From the NCBI GenBank assembly GCA_040768745.1, contig JAXGMI010000001.1, forward strand, positions 1 through 64,000: a DNA stretch of 64,000 nt, written 5' to 3'. Positions within the stretch are counted from its first letter, which is position 1, and each line of letters begins with the position of its first letter. The notes beneath the pieces are model-generated. The model had not been told where the DNA came from. It saw only the letters and a list, made by a program, of their open reading frames with translations, and did no database searches. The stretch comes from Desulfomicrobium sp. Lineage in GTDB: Bacteria; Desulfobacterota; Desulfovibrionia; Desulfovibrionales; Desulfomicrobiaceae. The translations under genes were made by a program, and so were the position numbers. Positions 1 through 9,631 of this stretch are shown here, in pieces.

Positions 1-582
1 CCAGCGCCAATTGCTGCCCGTGACCGATCGGGTGATCTATGACCACTTGGCCGGGAACCAGACCATCGGCGTCTATCCGCTCCTGAGCGATGACAGCTGC
101 TACTTTCTGGCGGCTGACTTCGATGAGGCCGACTGGCGGGAGGATACCAAGGCTTTCATGCAATGCCGCGGTTGCAGGAGGCGCTGGCGGATGAGGTCGA
201 AAACTGCTTTGTCCTGCATGGCCGCTTGTCGAAGAAGCAGCGAACGGCGGTGTTCGCGGAACTGGATGCGTTGGATGATTCGGCACCGAGGGTGCTACTC
301 GCCACCGGTCGCCTGATCGGCGAAGGTTTCGACCATCCGCCGCTCGACACACTGGTGCTGGCCATGCCGATCTCCTGGAAAGGAACTTTGCAGCAATACG
401 CCGGACGCTTGCACCGGGAACACGCCGACAAGCAGGATGTGCGCATCTACGACTATGCCGAGACAGATCAGCCCCAGCTTGCCCGCATGTGGGACAAACG
501 CCAACGCGGCTACCGAGCCATGGGGTACGAGATCAAACCGATGGAAAGCGTAGTTTTGGGAAACGGCACGAACCTAAAATAA
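1..582 (+). pseudogene. Internally deleted AEP-type primase / SF2 helicase fusion gene (5' end lies outside the window)
   Basis: Frame 11.. gives primase-like HLAGNQTIGVYPLL..YFLAADFD. At about 163 the sequence switches frame straight into the helicase C-terminus (LATGRLIGEGFDHPPLDTL, QQYAGRLHR). Walker A/DEAD motifs are absent. Confidence 0.7.
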
Positions 583-652
583 GAGGGGCCGGTATTTTAG
601 ACTCCTGGCTCCAGCGCGGCCATTTCCGGGATGGAGCAGCGGGAAAGGCGGA

Positions 653-852
653 TCAGTTCTTCTGCATCTGGCTGATGAACTGGTTTGCCTCCGCTATGGA
701 ACTCTCCATCTGCCTGACAAGGGCCGCCACATCCCGCTGCACGGTGGAGAGTTCCGTCCTGATGAAAGCGATGGCCCGGGCGTTGAGGTTGTGCTTGAGA
801 AAAGGGACAAAACGAGCATCGCGAGTACTGGCAACCGGAAGATGAGTGGCAT
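653..852 (-). pseudogene. DUF2959-family remnant (signal peptide joined out of frame to the C-terminus)
   Basis: AAAGGA RBS and ATG at 852 give MPLIFRLPVLAMLVLSL. Another frame from about 803 gives FLKHNLNARAIAFIRTELSTVQRDVAALVRQMESSIAEANQFISQMQKN*, resembling the DUF2959 C-terminus. Confidence 0.65.
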
Positions 853-1150
853 GCGACCATCCTTTCTTGCAGGGTGAACGGAATGTCCACCCCTAGCCCG
901 TTGCGGCGAGGTTGCCAAGATGCGCCGCTTTTCAGGTCGCGCCACGGCGTCCGGACATCCGCGCCATGCGGTTCGCTGGCGGCGACCATCCCGGCAAGCC
1001 GACAATCCCTTGCAGAAATGCCTCCAGACCGCTACAGGCCGTCAGTGCCCGGCTGCGTGCTGCGGATTCTGCCGGGAACCACGCCGCGGTGCATGACGCG
1101 CCAGTCCTGCATGCACTGCCGGAGCACAACGCCCCATCATAGAAAAAGAC

Positions 1151-1615
1151 ATGACCAACAACGACATCCTGCGCCGCGTGCGCTACGCCATTCATCTGAA
1201 CAACGACGAAACCCTCCGCCTGTTCGCCCTGGGTGGGCACACCCTGAGCCTCCCGGATTTGGACCTGCTGCTCAGGAAGGAGGAGGAGCCGGGATTCGTG
1301 GACTGCCCGGACACCCTGCTGGCGGCCTTCCTGGACGGCCTCATCATTTCCCGGCGCGGCCCGCGCGAGAACGCCGCCTTGGAGCCGGAAACCTTGACCA
1401 ACAACGTCATCCTGCGCAAGATCCGCATCGCCCTGGAGCTCAAGGATACGGACATCCTGCGCATTCTGGAGGCGGGCGGCATGACGGTCTCCAAGGCAGA
1501 ACTCGCGGCCCTGTTCCGCAAACCCGGACATCGCAATTTCATGCCCTGCCGGGATCAGCTGCTGCGGAAATTCCTGGCCGGACTGGCCAGCACCTCGAGG
1601 GAGAAACTGCCATGA
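1151..1615 (+). CDS. DUF1456 (YehS-like) family protein
   Basis: MTNNDILRRVRY...LTNNVILRKIRIAL...CRDQLLRKFLAGL duplicated-domain signature. Confidence 0.85.
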   Translation: MTNNDILRRVRYAIHLNNDETLRLFALGGHTLSLPDLDLLLRKEEEPGFVDCPDTLLAAFLDGLIISRRGPRENAALEPETLTNNVILRKIRIALELKDTDILRILEAGGMTVSKAELAALFRKPGHRNFMPCRDQLLRKFLAGLASTSREKLP

Positions 1616-2442
1616 GCGCCCTGGGCACGACTGCGACCCTGAAAATCATGAAGCTGGCCACCGGCGGGTGCTTTCTCGACGGCAAGGAGTTGGGGGAAGT
1701 CTTCCTGCCGGGACGCGAGATCCCGGCCGGGGTGGCTGTGGGCGACGAAGTGGAGGTCTTCATCTACCGTGATTCGGAGGCCGTGCTCACGGCCACGACG
1801 TCCCGGCCCCTGGCCGAGGTCGGCCAGTGCGCCTTCATGAAGGTCCTGACCGTGACCAAGGCGGGGGCCTTCGTGGACTGGGGTTTGCCCAAGGACCTCT
1901 TTGTCCCGGCCAGCGAACAGTACAAACCCCTCGAAGCAGGCCGGTCCTACGTCATCCTGGTCTACGTGGACGAGCGCACCGGCCGCCTGGCCGGCACGGC
2001 CAGGCTCCATTCCCGCCTGAGCGAGGACGGATCGGACTTCCGGGCAGGCCAGGAGGTGGACCTCATCATCAGCGGCTTCTCGGACCTGGGCTACAAGGCG
2101 GTCATCAACCACACCCATCTGGGCCTCATTTTCCGCGACGACACGCCAGAGGAACTGCGGTACGGCCAAAAGCTGAAAGGATACGTGAAGTTTGTCCGGA
2201 CGGACAAAAAGATCGATCTTTCCCTGCTGCCCCCGGGTCTGTCCGGCCTGGACATGCTCGGCCAAAGAATTCTGGAGCACCTCAGGACCCACGGCAGGTC
2301 GTCGCATCTGACCGACCAAAGCCCGTCCGCGGACATTGCCGCCGCCTTCGGGGTCAGCAAATCCAACTACAAGAAGGCCGTGGGGAGGCTCTACAAGCAG
2401 AAAAAGATCAGCATCGAGACGGGGAGGATCGTACTCCTGTGA
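1612..2442 (+). CDS. cvfB: CvfB family S1 RNA-binding protein
   Basis: VFIYRDSE, GAFVDWGLPKDLFVP and FGVSKSNYKKAVGRLYK motifs. The ATG overlaps the upstream stop (ATGA). Confidence 0.85.
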   Translation: MSALGTTATLKIMKLATGGCFLDGKELGEVFLPGREIPAGVAVGDEVEVFIYRDSEAVLTATTSRPLAEVGQCAFMKVLTVTKAGAFVDWGLPKDLFVPASEQYKPLEAGRSYVILVYVDERTGRLAGTARLHSRLSEDGSDFRAGQEVDLIISGFSDLGYKAVINHTHLGLIFRDDTPEELRYGQKLKGYVKFVRTDKKIDLSLLPPGLSGLDMLGQRILEHLRTHGRSSHLTDQSPSADIAAAFGVSKSNYKKAVGRLYKQKKISIETGRIVLL

Positions 2443-2685
2443 CCCCCTCCCGTCCGGCTCGGCCCTCGGCTCCTTGCCGACTTATCCGTGGACAGGACTT
2501 GGGCAGGCTCTGGCGGGGCAAATGCAACACTTTTCGGCACTGGCCGCGGATCGTGTTCCGGCTGCACGGAAGAGAGATACAGCCCAACTCCGAACTGCTT
2601 CAGAACGGGGTGGCAGGGTTCTTTCAGGGGCATCCGTCACGAACCGATACGCTGAAATCATTAAACCTCTAAATGGAGACGTACA

Positions 2686-3051
2686 GTGGAAAAAATTTTG
2701 ATCGTTGGGTGCAAGAACACCATGGACGATGTGTGCATCGGGTGTTCCCGCTGTCTGGTGGCATTCAACAGGCGCAAGGGGACTTTCGAAATCTACGAGG
2801 GGGTGGACGCGGAGATCGTGGGCATGGTTGGATGCGGCGGGTGTCCCGCTCCGGCCATTGTCACCCGGCTCATGCAGGTCAAGCTCTGGAATGCGCCCAT
2901 GAACGAAAAGCCCACGGTCATTCACATTGCGCCCTGCGTCGCCGAGCAGTGCCCGCACAAGGCAGGAATCATCAAAAAAATCACGGACAAGGCGGGGATC
3001 CGGGTCATCGAGGGGACGCATCCGTACGTTCCTGCCGACATCTTTGCCTGA
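2686..3051 (+). CDS. CGGC domain protein
   Basis: IVGC..CIGCSRC..GCGGCP..HIAPC..CP motif. GTG start after GGAGA. Confidence 0.85.
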   Translation: MEKILIVGCKNTMDDVCIGCSRCLVAFNRRKGTFEIYEGVDAEIVGMVGCGGCPAPAIVTRLMQVKLWNAPMNEKPTVIHIAPCVAEQCPHKAGIIKKITDKAGIRVIEGTHPYVPADIFA

Positions 3052-3115
3052 AGCAGCCTCATCCTGATCCGGCCAAGCCCCTGTGCATTGTCACCGGCCG
3101 CCGCTGGCCGGACCG

Positions 3116-5422
3116 TCACCCCTGGCGATAAAGCCTCGCCCCCAAGGCATGGTCTTCCAGGCGCAGGCCCATGCGGGCCAGCTCATGGCGCAGGCTGTCG
3201 GCCAGGGAGAAGTCCTTGGATCTGCGGGCTTCCTCCCGGCGGAGGACCAGGTCACGGGCCTCTGCTGGCCAATCCCTGGGCGCCAGGGGCAGGCGGGACT
3301 GATCCAGAAAACCGAGCACGCGGTCGCAGGCCATGAGCTGTTCGCCCACAGCCTCGGCCTCAGCCGCACTCAGCCTTCCGGCCTTGGCGTTGACGCTCTT
3401 GGCGAAAGAGAAAAGACGCGGCCAGAAGTGGGCCAGGTCCAGATTGTCATCCAGGGCCGAGGCGAATGCGGTCTTCAGGTCATAGATGGCCTGCTCCAGT
3501 TCCGGGGCGATGCCGCCCTTGCCCCCGCCAAGGCTGGCCGCGTTGCCGGCGTCCTGCAGACGATGCTGGTTTTTGACCCACATGGCCAGACTCTCCGCGG
3601 AAAAGGACAAGGTCTTCTGACAGGATGTGGACAACAGCCACAGACGCAGGGCCGCTCCGCTGCCGGCCAGGACCAGGGCCTCCTTGAGAGACGGAACCTG
3701 GCCACCCGCATGGCGCGGAGCCACCGGCTGCACAATGACCCAGGCCTGGGGTCGCACGCCCGCCCCGGCACTCCAGAGAGCGTTGAAATTGTCCAGATGC
3801 GGAAAGCGGTGGGATTCGCTCCCCAGCATGACGGATACCGAACCAAGGGCATCCAGGGCCGCTGCGGCCAACTGCAGGAACCAGCTCGGCCGGACCTTGC
3901 CCCACTCGGTCTCGACCACGTCCCCCAGCTTCAGATCCTGCAGGGTGACCCGTTTCAGCAGGGTGAAATCCGCAGGATGCTCCTTCACGTAGTCGGCCAG
4001 ATCCACAGTGTGCCCCACGTTCATTCCGGCGAGATCCAGCCCCGACGTCAGGCCGTAGGTTTTGTCCCGGGTCACGTCGAAATAGACCGAGCGCAGCTTT
4101 TCATAGGCCTGCCCCCGGGCCAGCAGCTTGCGGGCCAGACCAAGAGCCCGGTCCTGGCTGGCATTGGCCAGGGCGAAAAGCGTCGCCTCCGACACCCCCA
4201 GCCTGCGGGCGTGGACCGTCACCGTGGTTAGGGCCTGGGCCCCGAATTCAGCCAGGCCCGAACCGGCTTCCCTGGCCGCGGCCAGGGTCCGATCGTCCAT
4301 GTCGGCCAAGCCAACGGCCATGCGGACCTTCTGTCCCCGCTCGGCCAGGGCCCTGCCCAGCACGTCCATCCAGACGATGCGCCGCCATGCTTCCAGGTCG
4401 CCCAGTTCATCCAGGCTGGGACCCGGAGTGAACAGGGCATGTCCGCCGGGCGGAGCGGTGAGGACTTCCACTTTTCCGCTGGCCACGCTGCGCACGCCCA
4501 GGCCGTGCTGTGCGGGCGGAGCAAAAAGGGTGGTCGAAAGATACCGCTCCCCGGTGTCCGGACAGATGAACACGATGAGTCCGTCCTCGCCCTTCCCGTC
4601 CAGTTCGCGGGCGATCTGCAGGGAGGCGGCCAGGGCCGCGCCGGCGCTCATGCCGGTCAGAATCCCTTCCTCCCGGGCCAGTCTGCGCGAGCAGGTGAAC
4701 GCCTCCTCGTCCTCGACGCGGATGATCCTGTTCACGGCATGCTTATCATAAATTCCGGGTGGATAGGATTCCTGCATGTTTTTCAGGCCCTGGATCCTGT
4801 GCCCGGCGTAGGGTTCCACAGCCACCACCCGCACCTGCGGGGCGGACTCCTTCATGCGCTTGGCCAGGCCCATGGCCGTGCCGCTGGTGCCCAGGGTGGC
4901 GACCACATGGGTGACCCGCCCTCCGGTCTGCTCGAGGATCTCCTGTCCTGTCCCCCTGTAGTGGGCCGCAATGCTGGCCGGATTGTTGTACTGATCCATG
5001 AGCACATAGCCGTGCGGCTCCTCCCGGGCCAGACGGTAGGCCTCCTCAATGGCCCCGTCCGTGCCCAGGCGGCCCGGGGTCAGGAGCAGCTCGGCGCCGT
5101 AGGCGCGCATGATCCGCTTGCGCTCCTCCGAGGCCGAGTCCGGCATGACCAGGGTCAGTTTGTAGCCTTTGACCGCGCAGACCATGGCCAACCCCACACC
5201 GGTGTTTCCGCTGGTCGCCTCGATGATGGTCTTGTCCGGCGTCAACTCGCCCGAGGCCTCGGCCGCCTCTATCATGGCCAGGGCCACGCGATCCTTGATG
5301 GAACCGCCCACATTCTTGGCTTCCAGTTTGGCGGCCAGCTTGATGCGGGGGTGCGGAAAAATGCGGTTCAGGAGGACAATGGGGGTGCTCCCCACCAGGC
5401 TGAGAACGGATGAATGGATCAT
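3116..5422 (-). CDS. PLP cysteine synthase (CysK/CysM) fused to a degenerate cysteinyl-tRNA-synthetase-like region
   Basis: N-terminal NVGGSIKDR, EATSGNTG, LGTSGT, PDTGERYLST. The C-terminal about 470 aa follows the CysRS layout (DFTLLK, WGKVRPSW, FPH, ARRSKDFSLADSLR). Confidence 0.85.
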   Translation of the reverse strand: MIHSSVLSLVGSTPIVLLNRIFPHPRIKLAAKLEAKNVGGSIKDRVALAMIEAAEASGELTPDKTIIEATSGNTGVGLAMVCAVKGYKLTLVMPDSASEERKRIMRAYGAELLLTPGRLGTDGAIEEAYRLAREEPHGYVLMDQYNNPASIAAHYRGTGQEILEQTGGRVTHVVATLGTSGTAMGLAKRMKESAPQVRVVAVEPYAGHRIQGLKNMQESYPPGIYDKHAVNRIIRVEDEEAFTCSRRLAREEGILTGMSAGAALAASLQIARELDGKGEDGLIVFICPDTGERYLSTTLFAPPAQHGLGVRSVASGKVEVLTAPPGGHALFTPGPSLDELGDLEAWRRIVWMDVLGRALAERGQKVRMAVGLADMDDRTLAAAREAGSGLAEFGAQALTTVTVHARRLGVSEATLFALANASQDRALGLARKLLARGQAYEKLRSVYFDVTRDKTYGLTSGLDLAGMNVGHTVDLADYVKEHPADFTLLKRVTLQDLKLGDVVETEWGKVRPSWFLQLAAAALDALGSVSVMLGSESHRFPHLDNFNALWSAGAGVRPQAWVIVQPVAPRHAGGQVPSLKEALVLAGSGAALRLWLLSTSCQKTLSFSAESLAMWVKNQHRLQDAGNAASLGGGKGGIAPELEQAIYDLKTAFASALDDNLDLAHFWPRLFSFAKSVNAKAGRLSAAEAEAVGEQLMACDRVLGFLDQSRLPLAPRDWPAEARDLVLRREEARRSKDFSLADSLRHELARMGLRLEDHALGARLYRQG

Positions 5423-5500
5423 GGAAAAACCCTGCTCGTGGATTGAAAATTCGCGGCCAAACCTAGGTCAAAAGCAGAAGCTGGGCAAGGACGGAAATCC

Positions 5501-5662
5501 ATTCCGGCCCTGAAGAAACCCAGGCCCGCAGGATATGACCCGATCGAGAGGGGGCACCACCCGGCTGATCGTGACGGACCCTCCCGGCGGCACCGCGCGG
5601 GGCCGATTCCCGGCCATGGCAGACCCACTGAATGACCCTGGCCGGTGCTCTCGTGCCGGAGT
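5501..5662 (-). ncRNA. Candidate 6S-like long-hairpin RNA
   Basis: The termini pair (ATTCCGGC/GCCGGAGT), with nested helices and a central unpaired bubble. Folded by eye only. Confidence 0.35.
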
Positions 5663-5761
5663 GTTTTTTTTCTACCCCTTCCCGCCAAAATATATTAGCA
5701 ATTCCTCCCATCTGAGGTAATCTTCCCGATTTCATGAACATATTTTTTCAAGGAGTTTTCC

Positions 5762-7480
5762 ATGTCCCTCAAAGTCGTTGTCATCGGAGGTGTCGCCCTG
5801 GGACCCAAAGCCGCATGCCGCATCAAGCGCGTGGCCCCGGATGCGGATGTGACCATGGTGGACGCCAGCAAGCTCATTTCCTATGGCGGATGCGGCATCC
5901 CCTATTATGTTTCCGGAGATGTCAGCGATTACAGACAGTTACAGGAAACAAGCTTCCACATGGTCCGTGACGAGGACTTTTTCAAGGCCTGCAAAGATTT
6001 CAAGGTCATGACCGAAACCCGCGCCCTGTCCATCGACCGCAAGGCCAAGACGGTGCTGGTCCAGACCCTGGACGGGACCACGACCACCCTGCCTTACGAC
6101 AAGCTTGTCCTGGGCACGGGCAGCACGCCCCGCAACCTGCCCATCCCCGGTCGCGAGCTCGGCAACGTCTTCACCGTGGCCACCCTGGACCAGGCGATCC
6201 GTATCAAGGAACAGGTTGCAGGCGGCGACATCGGCTCGGTCGTCATCGTGGGCGGGGGCTTCATCGGACTGGAGATGGCCGAAGCCTTTGCCGACATGTG
6301 GGGCATCCAGACCACCGTGGTCGAAGTCGCGGACCAGATCATGCCAGGTTTCATGAGCAGGTCCATGGCCACCATCGCCCAGAAACACTTGGAGGGGAAC
6401 GGCGTGTCGGTCTTCACCTCGGAGATGGTCCAGGCCATCGAGGGCGAGGACAACAAGGTCGCGCGGGTGGTGACCAACAAGCGCACCGTCGACGCCGACC
6501 TGGTCATTCTGGCCGTGGGCGTGGTTCCCAACGACACCCTGGCCCGGGAGGCAGGCCTGCTCTGCTCCGACCGGGGTGGCATCGTCGTCTCCAAGACCAT
6601 GCAGACCTCGGATCCGGATATCTACGCCGGCGGCGACTGCGTGCTCATCGAGAACATGGTCACGGGCAAGCTCGGCTACTACCCCCTGGGCTCCCTGGCC
6701 AACCGCCAGGGCCGCGTCATCGGCACCAATGTCGCCGGAGGCCGCGAAACCTTTGACGGGGCCATCGGCAGCTACATCATCAAACTGTTCGACTACGGTT
6801 TCGCCGGCACGGGTCTGTCCCTCCCGGTGGCCCTGCGCGAGGGGTTTGACGCCTTCAGCACCCATGTCATCATGGCCGACCACTCCCACTTCTACCCCAA
6901 ACGGGACATGGTCAGCCTGGAAATCGTGGTCGAACGGCCCACGGGCAGGATTCTCGGACTGCAGGGCGCCTGCCACAACGGCGACTCGGTCAAGGGCCGG
7001 GTCGATGCCGTGGCCGCCATCCTCAAGTACCGTCCCACCCTGCGCGACGTGTCCAACATGGAGATGGCCTACTCCCCGCCCTTCGGCTCGGCCATGGACG
7101 TGCTCAACGCCGCGGCCAATGCCGCGGAAAACATCCTGCTGGGCAGGAACGTCCCCATCGATCCCGTGGAATTCGCCCGCCTGTGGGAGAACCGGGTCAA
7201 CGAGAACCTCCTGTGCATCGATACCCGCGAATGGGGCAATGCCGAGCCGTTCGTCACCAAGTATCCGGAATTCTGGAAAAACATTCCACAGGGGCAAATC
7301 AAGGACCGCCTGAACGAAATCCCCACAGACAAGAAGATCGTGCTGCTCTGCAACACTGGCGGCAGATCGTATGAATCCCAGGTCATCCTGCGCCACGCCG
7401 GCTTCATGGAGCCGGTCAACCTGCAGGGAGGCATGGGCTTCATCAAGCAGCTCGGCTTCGACCCGAGCCAGGACGACTAG
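5762..7480 (+). CDS. FAD-dependent CoA-disulfide/persulfide reductase with C-terminal rhodanese domain
   Basis: GGVALG FAD motif, SYGGCGIPY redox Cys, GGGFIGLE, AYSPPF, rhodanese CNTGGRS. Confidence 0.88.
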   Translation: MSLKVVVIGGVALGPKAACRIKRVAPDADVTMVDASKLISYGGCGIPYYVSGDVSDYRQLQETSFHMVRDEDFFKACKDFKVMTETRALSIDRKAKTVLVQTLDGTTTTLPYDKLVLGTGSTPRNLPIPGRELGNVFTVATLDQAIRIKEQVAGGDIGSVVIVGGGFIGLEMAEAFADMWGIQTTVVEVADQIMPGFMSRSMATIAQKHLEGNGVSVFTSEMVQAIEGEDNKVARVVTNKRTVDADLVILAVGVVPNDTLAREAGLLCSDRGGIVVSKTMQTSDPDIYAGGDCVLIENMVTGKLGYYPLGSLANRQGRVIGTNVAGGRETFDGAIGSYIIKLFDYGFAGTGLSLPVALREGFDAFSTHVIMADHSHFYPKRDMVSLEIVVERPTGRILGLQGACHNGDSVKGRVDAVAAILKYRPTLRDVSNMEMAYSPPFGSAMDVLNAAANAAENILLGRNVPIDPVEFARLWENRVNENLLCIDTREWGNAEPFVTKYPEFWKNIPQGQIKDRLNEIPTDKKIVLLCNTGGRSYESQVILRHAGFMEPVNLQGGMGFIKQLGFDPSQDD

Positions 7481-7528
7481 ACCAGGGCCGATCCGTGAGG
7501 GTCGGCCTTTCTCCCCTCTGGAGGGCGC

Positions 7529-9046
7529 ATGGCCAGAATTCTCCTTGTCCTCATTCTTTGCATGCCTCTGAGTGCCTGGGCCGCACCGGTGCGGGTGACC
7601 CTTTTCCCGGCATCGGCCCAGGTGGAGGAAGCAACGGTCGTCACCCCGACCCCGTCCGGGGAGGGATTTTCCTCGGTCCTGCTGACCCTGCCTGGCCAGG
7701 CCGACCCGGCCACCCTGCGATTCGGCGAACCGGCAGGCCAGGCCTCCATCGCCGACGTGAGCTGGAGCGTGCGCCAGGAACCCAACCTGAGCGCCCTGGG
7801 ACCTCTCAATGCCCGTCTGGCGGAGTTGAAAAACAGCCGGGTTGCCGTTGCGGCGGAGCTGGAAGGAATTCGCGGCCGGGTCGCCTTCTGGAAGGCCCAG
7901 ACCCAGACCACGGACAGGACCATGGCGGGCCTGCGGGAACTGGCTGCCGAACTCGAAACAACGCTCCGCCATGACACGGCCACCGTCCTGACCCTGGAAC
8001 AGAGGCTGGCGGAGGTGGACCGGGACATCGCCCGCGTGGAGGAGGAGATCGCCAGGACTGCGGGCCAGCAGCGCACGGTCTGGGACGTGCGCGTCCTGCT
8101 CTCCGGCTCGGCGCCCAAGGAACTGGCCTATGCCTACACCCTGGGCGACTGTGGGTGGACCCCGCTCTATCGGCTGGAAGCCAGACCGGGGCAGAACGTC
8201 ATCGAATTCTCCTGGCAGGCCAAAGTCTGGCAGCGCTCGGGACTGGACTGGAACGCCGTCGGCCTGCACCTGGCCACCATGCAGCCTGACGTCCAGGCCG
8301 GACCCGCGGACATGCCGCCCTGGGAAATCCGGCCCAGGCAGGCCTTCCCCAGGGCCATGGCCGCCCCGGCCATGCTGGAAATGAAGGCCGACAGCGCGGC
8401 GGCCCAGGCTCCGTCGCAGCCGAGGGAAGTCCGCCACGCCACCTATGCCGCCTGGGACATGGGCAATCGCTCCCTTCCGGCAGGACAGACCCGGATCTTC
8501 AGGATCGCCGACGAAACCTGGGCGGCCAGTTTCGTCCACCTCCTGCGGCCCAGCCTGGACAGCAAGGCCTTTGTGCAAGCCAGCACAACATTCCCCCAGC
8601 CCAAGGAGCTCCCCCTGGGCACGGGGCTGTTCCTCATGGACGGGGCCGTGGTCGACCAGCGTGATTTCGCCCTGTCCGGCCGCGAGGGCACCCTCTTCTT
8701 TGGGCCCGATCCCCTGCTGACCTGCGCCACGACCCTCCGGGACAAGAAGACCGGGGAAAAAGGTCTCCTCAAGCAAAAGCAGACCTTTCTCCGGGAATGG
8801 ACCATGACCGTGCGCAACGCGTCCACGCACCCGGCCCAGGTCAGGGTGGAGGAACCCAGGCCCCTCGCCCGCGATGAACGTATCGTGCTGGAATTCAAGG
8901 CAGAACCTCAGGCCCTGGAAGAGAATGATGCGGAGATTCTGGCCTGGAACAGCACCGTTCCTCCTGGCGCGGAAAAAGCTTTCCGTGTTCTGGTCAGGTT
9001 CGAGGCGCCCGAAGACCTGCATGTCGATCCGGGCTGGCGATGGTAG
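7529..9046 (+). CDS. DUF4140/DUF4139 (mucoidy inhibitor MuiA-like) exported protein
   Basis: Signal peptide, VTLFPASAQV, coiled coil, GWTPLYRL, VWQRSGLDW, FFGPDP. Confidence 0.8.
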   Translation: MARILLVLILCMPLSAWAAPVRVTLFPASAQVEEATVVTPTPSGEGFSSVLLTLPGQADPATLRFGEPAGQASIADVSWSVRQEPNLSALGPLNARLAELKNSRVAVAAELEGIRGRVAFWKAQTQTTDRTMAGLRELAAELETTLRHDTATVLTLEQRLAEVDRDIARVEEEIARTAGQQRTVWDVRVLLSGSAPKELAYAYTLGDCGWTPLYRLEARPGQNVIEFSWQAKVWQRSGLDWNAVGLHLATMQPDVQAGPADMPPWEIRPRQAFPRAMAAPAMLEMKADSAAAQAPSQPREVRHATYAAWDMGNRSLPAGQTRIFRIADETWAASFVHLLRPSLDSKAFVQASTTFPQPKELPLGTGLFLMDGAVVDQRDFALSGREGTLFFGPDPLLTCATTLRDKKTGEKGLLKQKQTFLREWTMTVRNASTHPAQVRVEEPRPLARDERIVLEFKAEPQALEENDAEILAWNSTVPPGAEKAFRVLVRFEAPEDLHVDPGWRW

Positions 9047-9072
9047 GGTCGGGGTGGGCTAATCAGCGCTCC

Positions 9073-9100
9073 AAGGCCAGGACGACGCAGTCCTGGCCTT
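9073..9100. terminator. Hairpin between convergent genes
   Basis: AAGGCCAGGAC-gacgca-GTCCTGGCCTT, a perfect 11-bp stem. Confidence 0.6.
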
Positions 9101-9253
9101 CTAGCTTTTCCTTGATTCTTTCTTGACCGGGAGCAGGGCCCCGCACTTCTCGCAGCGCTCCCGCCTGTCCGCCGATTTCGGCTGCCGGTGACCGCAGCTC
9201 GGGCACACCCGCGTCTGCACGATCAACCTGCGCACCATTTCAAACAGAAACAT
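9101..9253 (-). CDS. 50-aa zinc-ribbon microprotein (not in the ORF track)
   Basis: AGGAGA RBS, then MFLFEMVRRLIVQTRVCPSCGHRQPKSADRRERCEKCGALLPVKKESRKS*. Two CxxCG knuckles. Confidence 0.75.
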   Translation of the reverse strand: MFLFEMVRRLIVQTRVCPSCGHRQPKSADRRERCEKCGALLPVKKESRKS

Positions 9254-9289
9254 GGATTCTCCTGCCGCCGAACCCGCCCTGGACCGGGG

Positions 9290-9631
9290 CTATTTGTCGG
9301 TCGCCGGGCAATTCAGATGACAGATGCCGGCCACGCCCTTGACCGGAAAGATGAAGGAGATCCCGGTACCGGGTTTCTCAAGTTTGCCGGCCTGCACGAT
9401 GGCCTCCATGACGCGAAGGCTGATGTCCGATCTGACCAGTGTCAGCACGATCTCCTTCTCGGGGTCGATGGCCAGACCCAGGATGGACTTCACTTCCCGG
9501 ATGCCCGTGCCCCGACCAAAGATAATGGTTCCGCCCTCGGCCCCGGCCTTGCGGGATGCATCCACAACAGGGTCACTGTGGCCCTTGTTCACAATGGTGA
9601 CGATGCAGTCAAAATTATCCAGCAGATTCAT
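9290..9631 (-). CDS. PII-like signal transduction protein
   Basis: GAEGGTIIFGRGTG, PEKEIVL, PGTGISF. Confidence 0.85.
   Translation of the reverse strand: MNLLDNFDCIVTIVNKGHSDPVVDASRKAGAEGGTIIFGRGTGIREVKSILGLAIDPEKEIVLTLVRSDISLRVMEAIVQAGKLEKPGTGISFIFPVKGVAGICHLNCPATDK

Noticed and set aside
5939..9022. 1027-aa minus-strand ORF and similar long shadow ORFs (11476-13626, 18322-21189, 24957-27341, 59952-61733)
   Set aside because: Antisense or alternate-frame shadows of well-supported genes in high-GC DNA, with no recognisable motifs.
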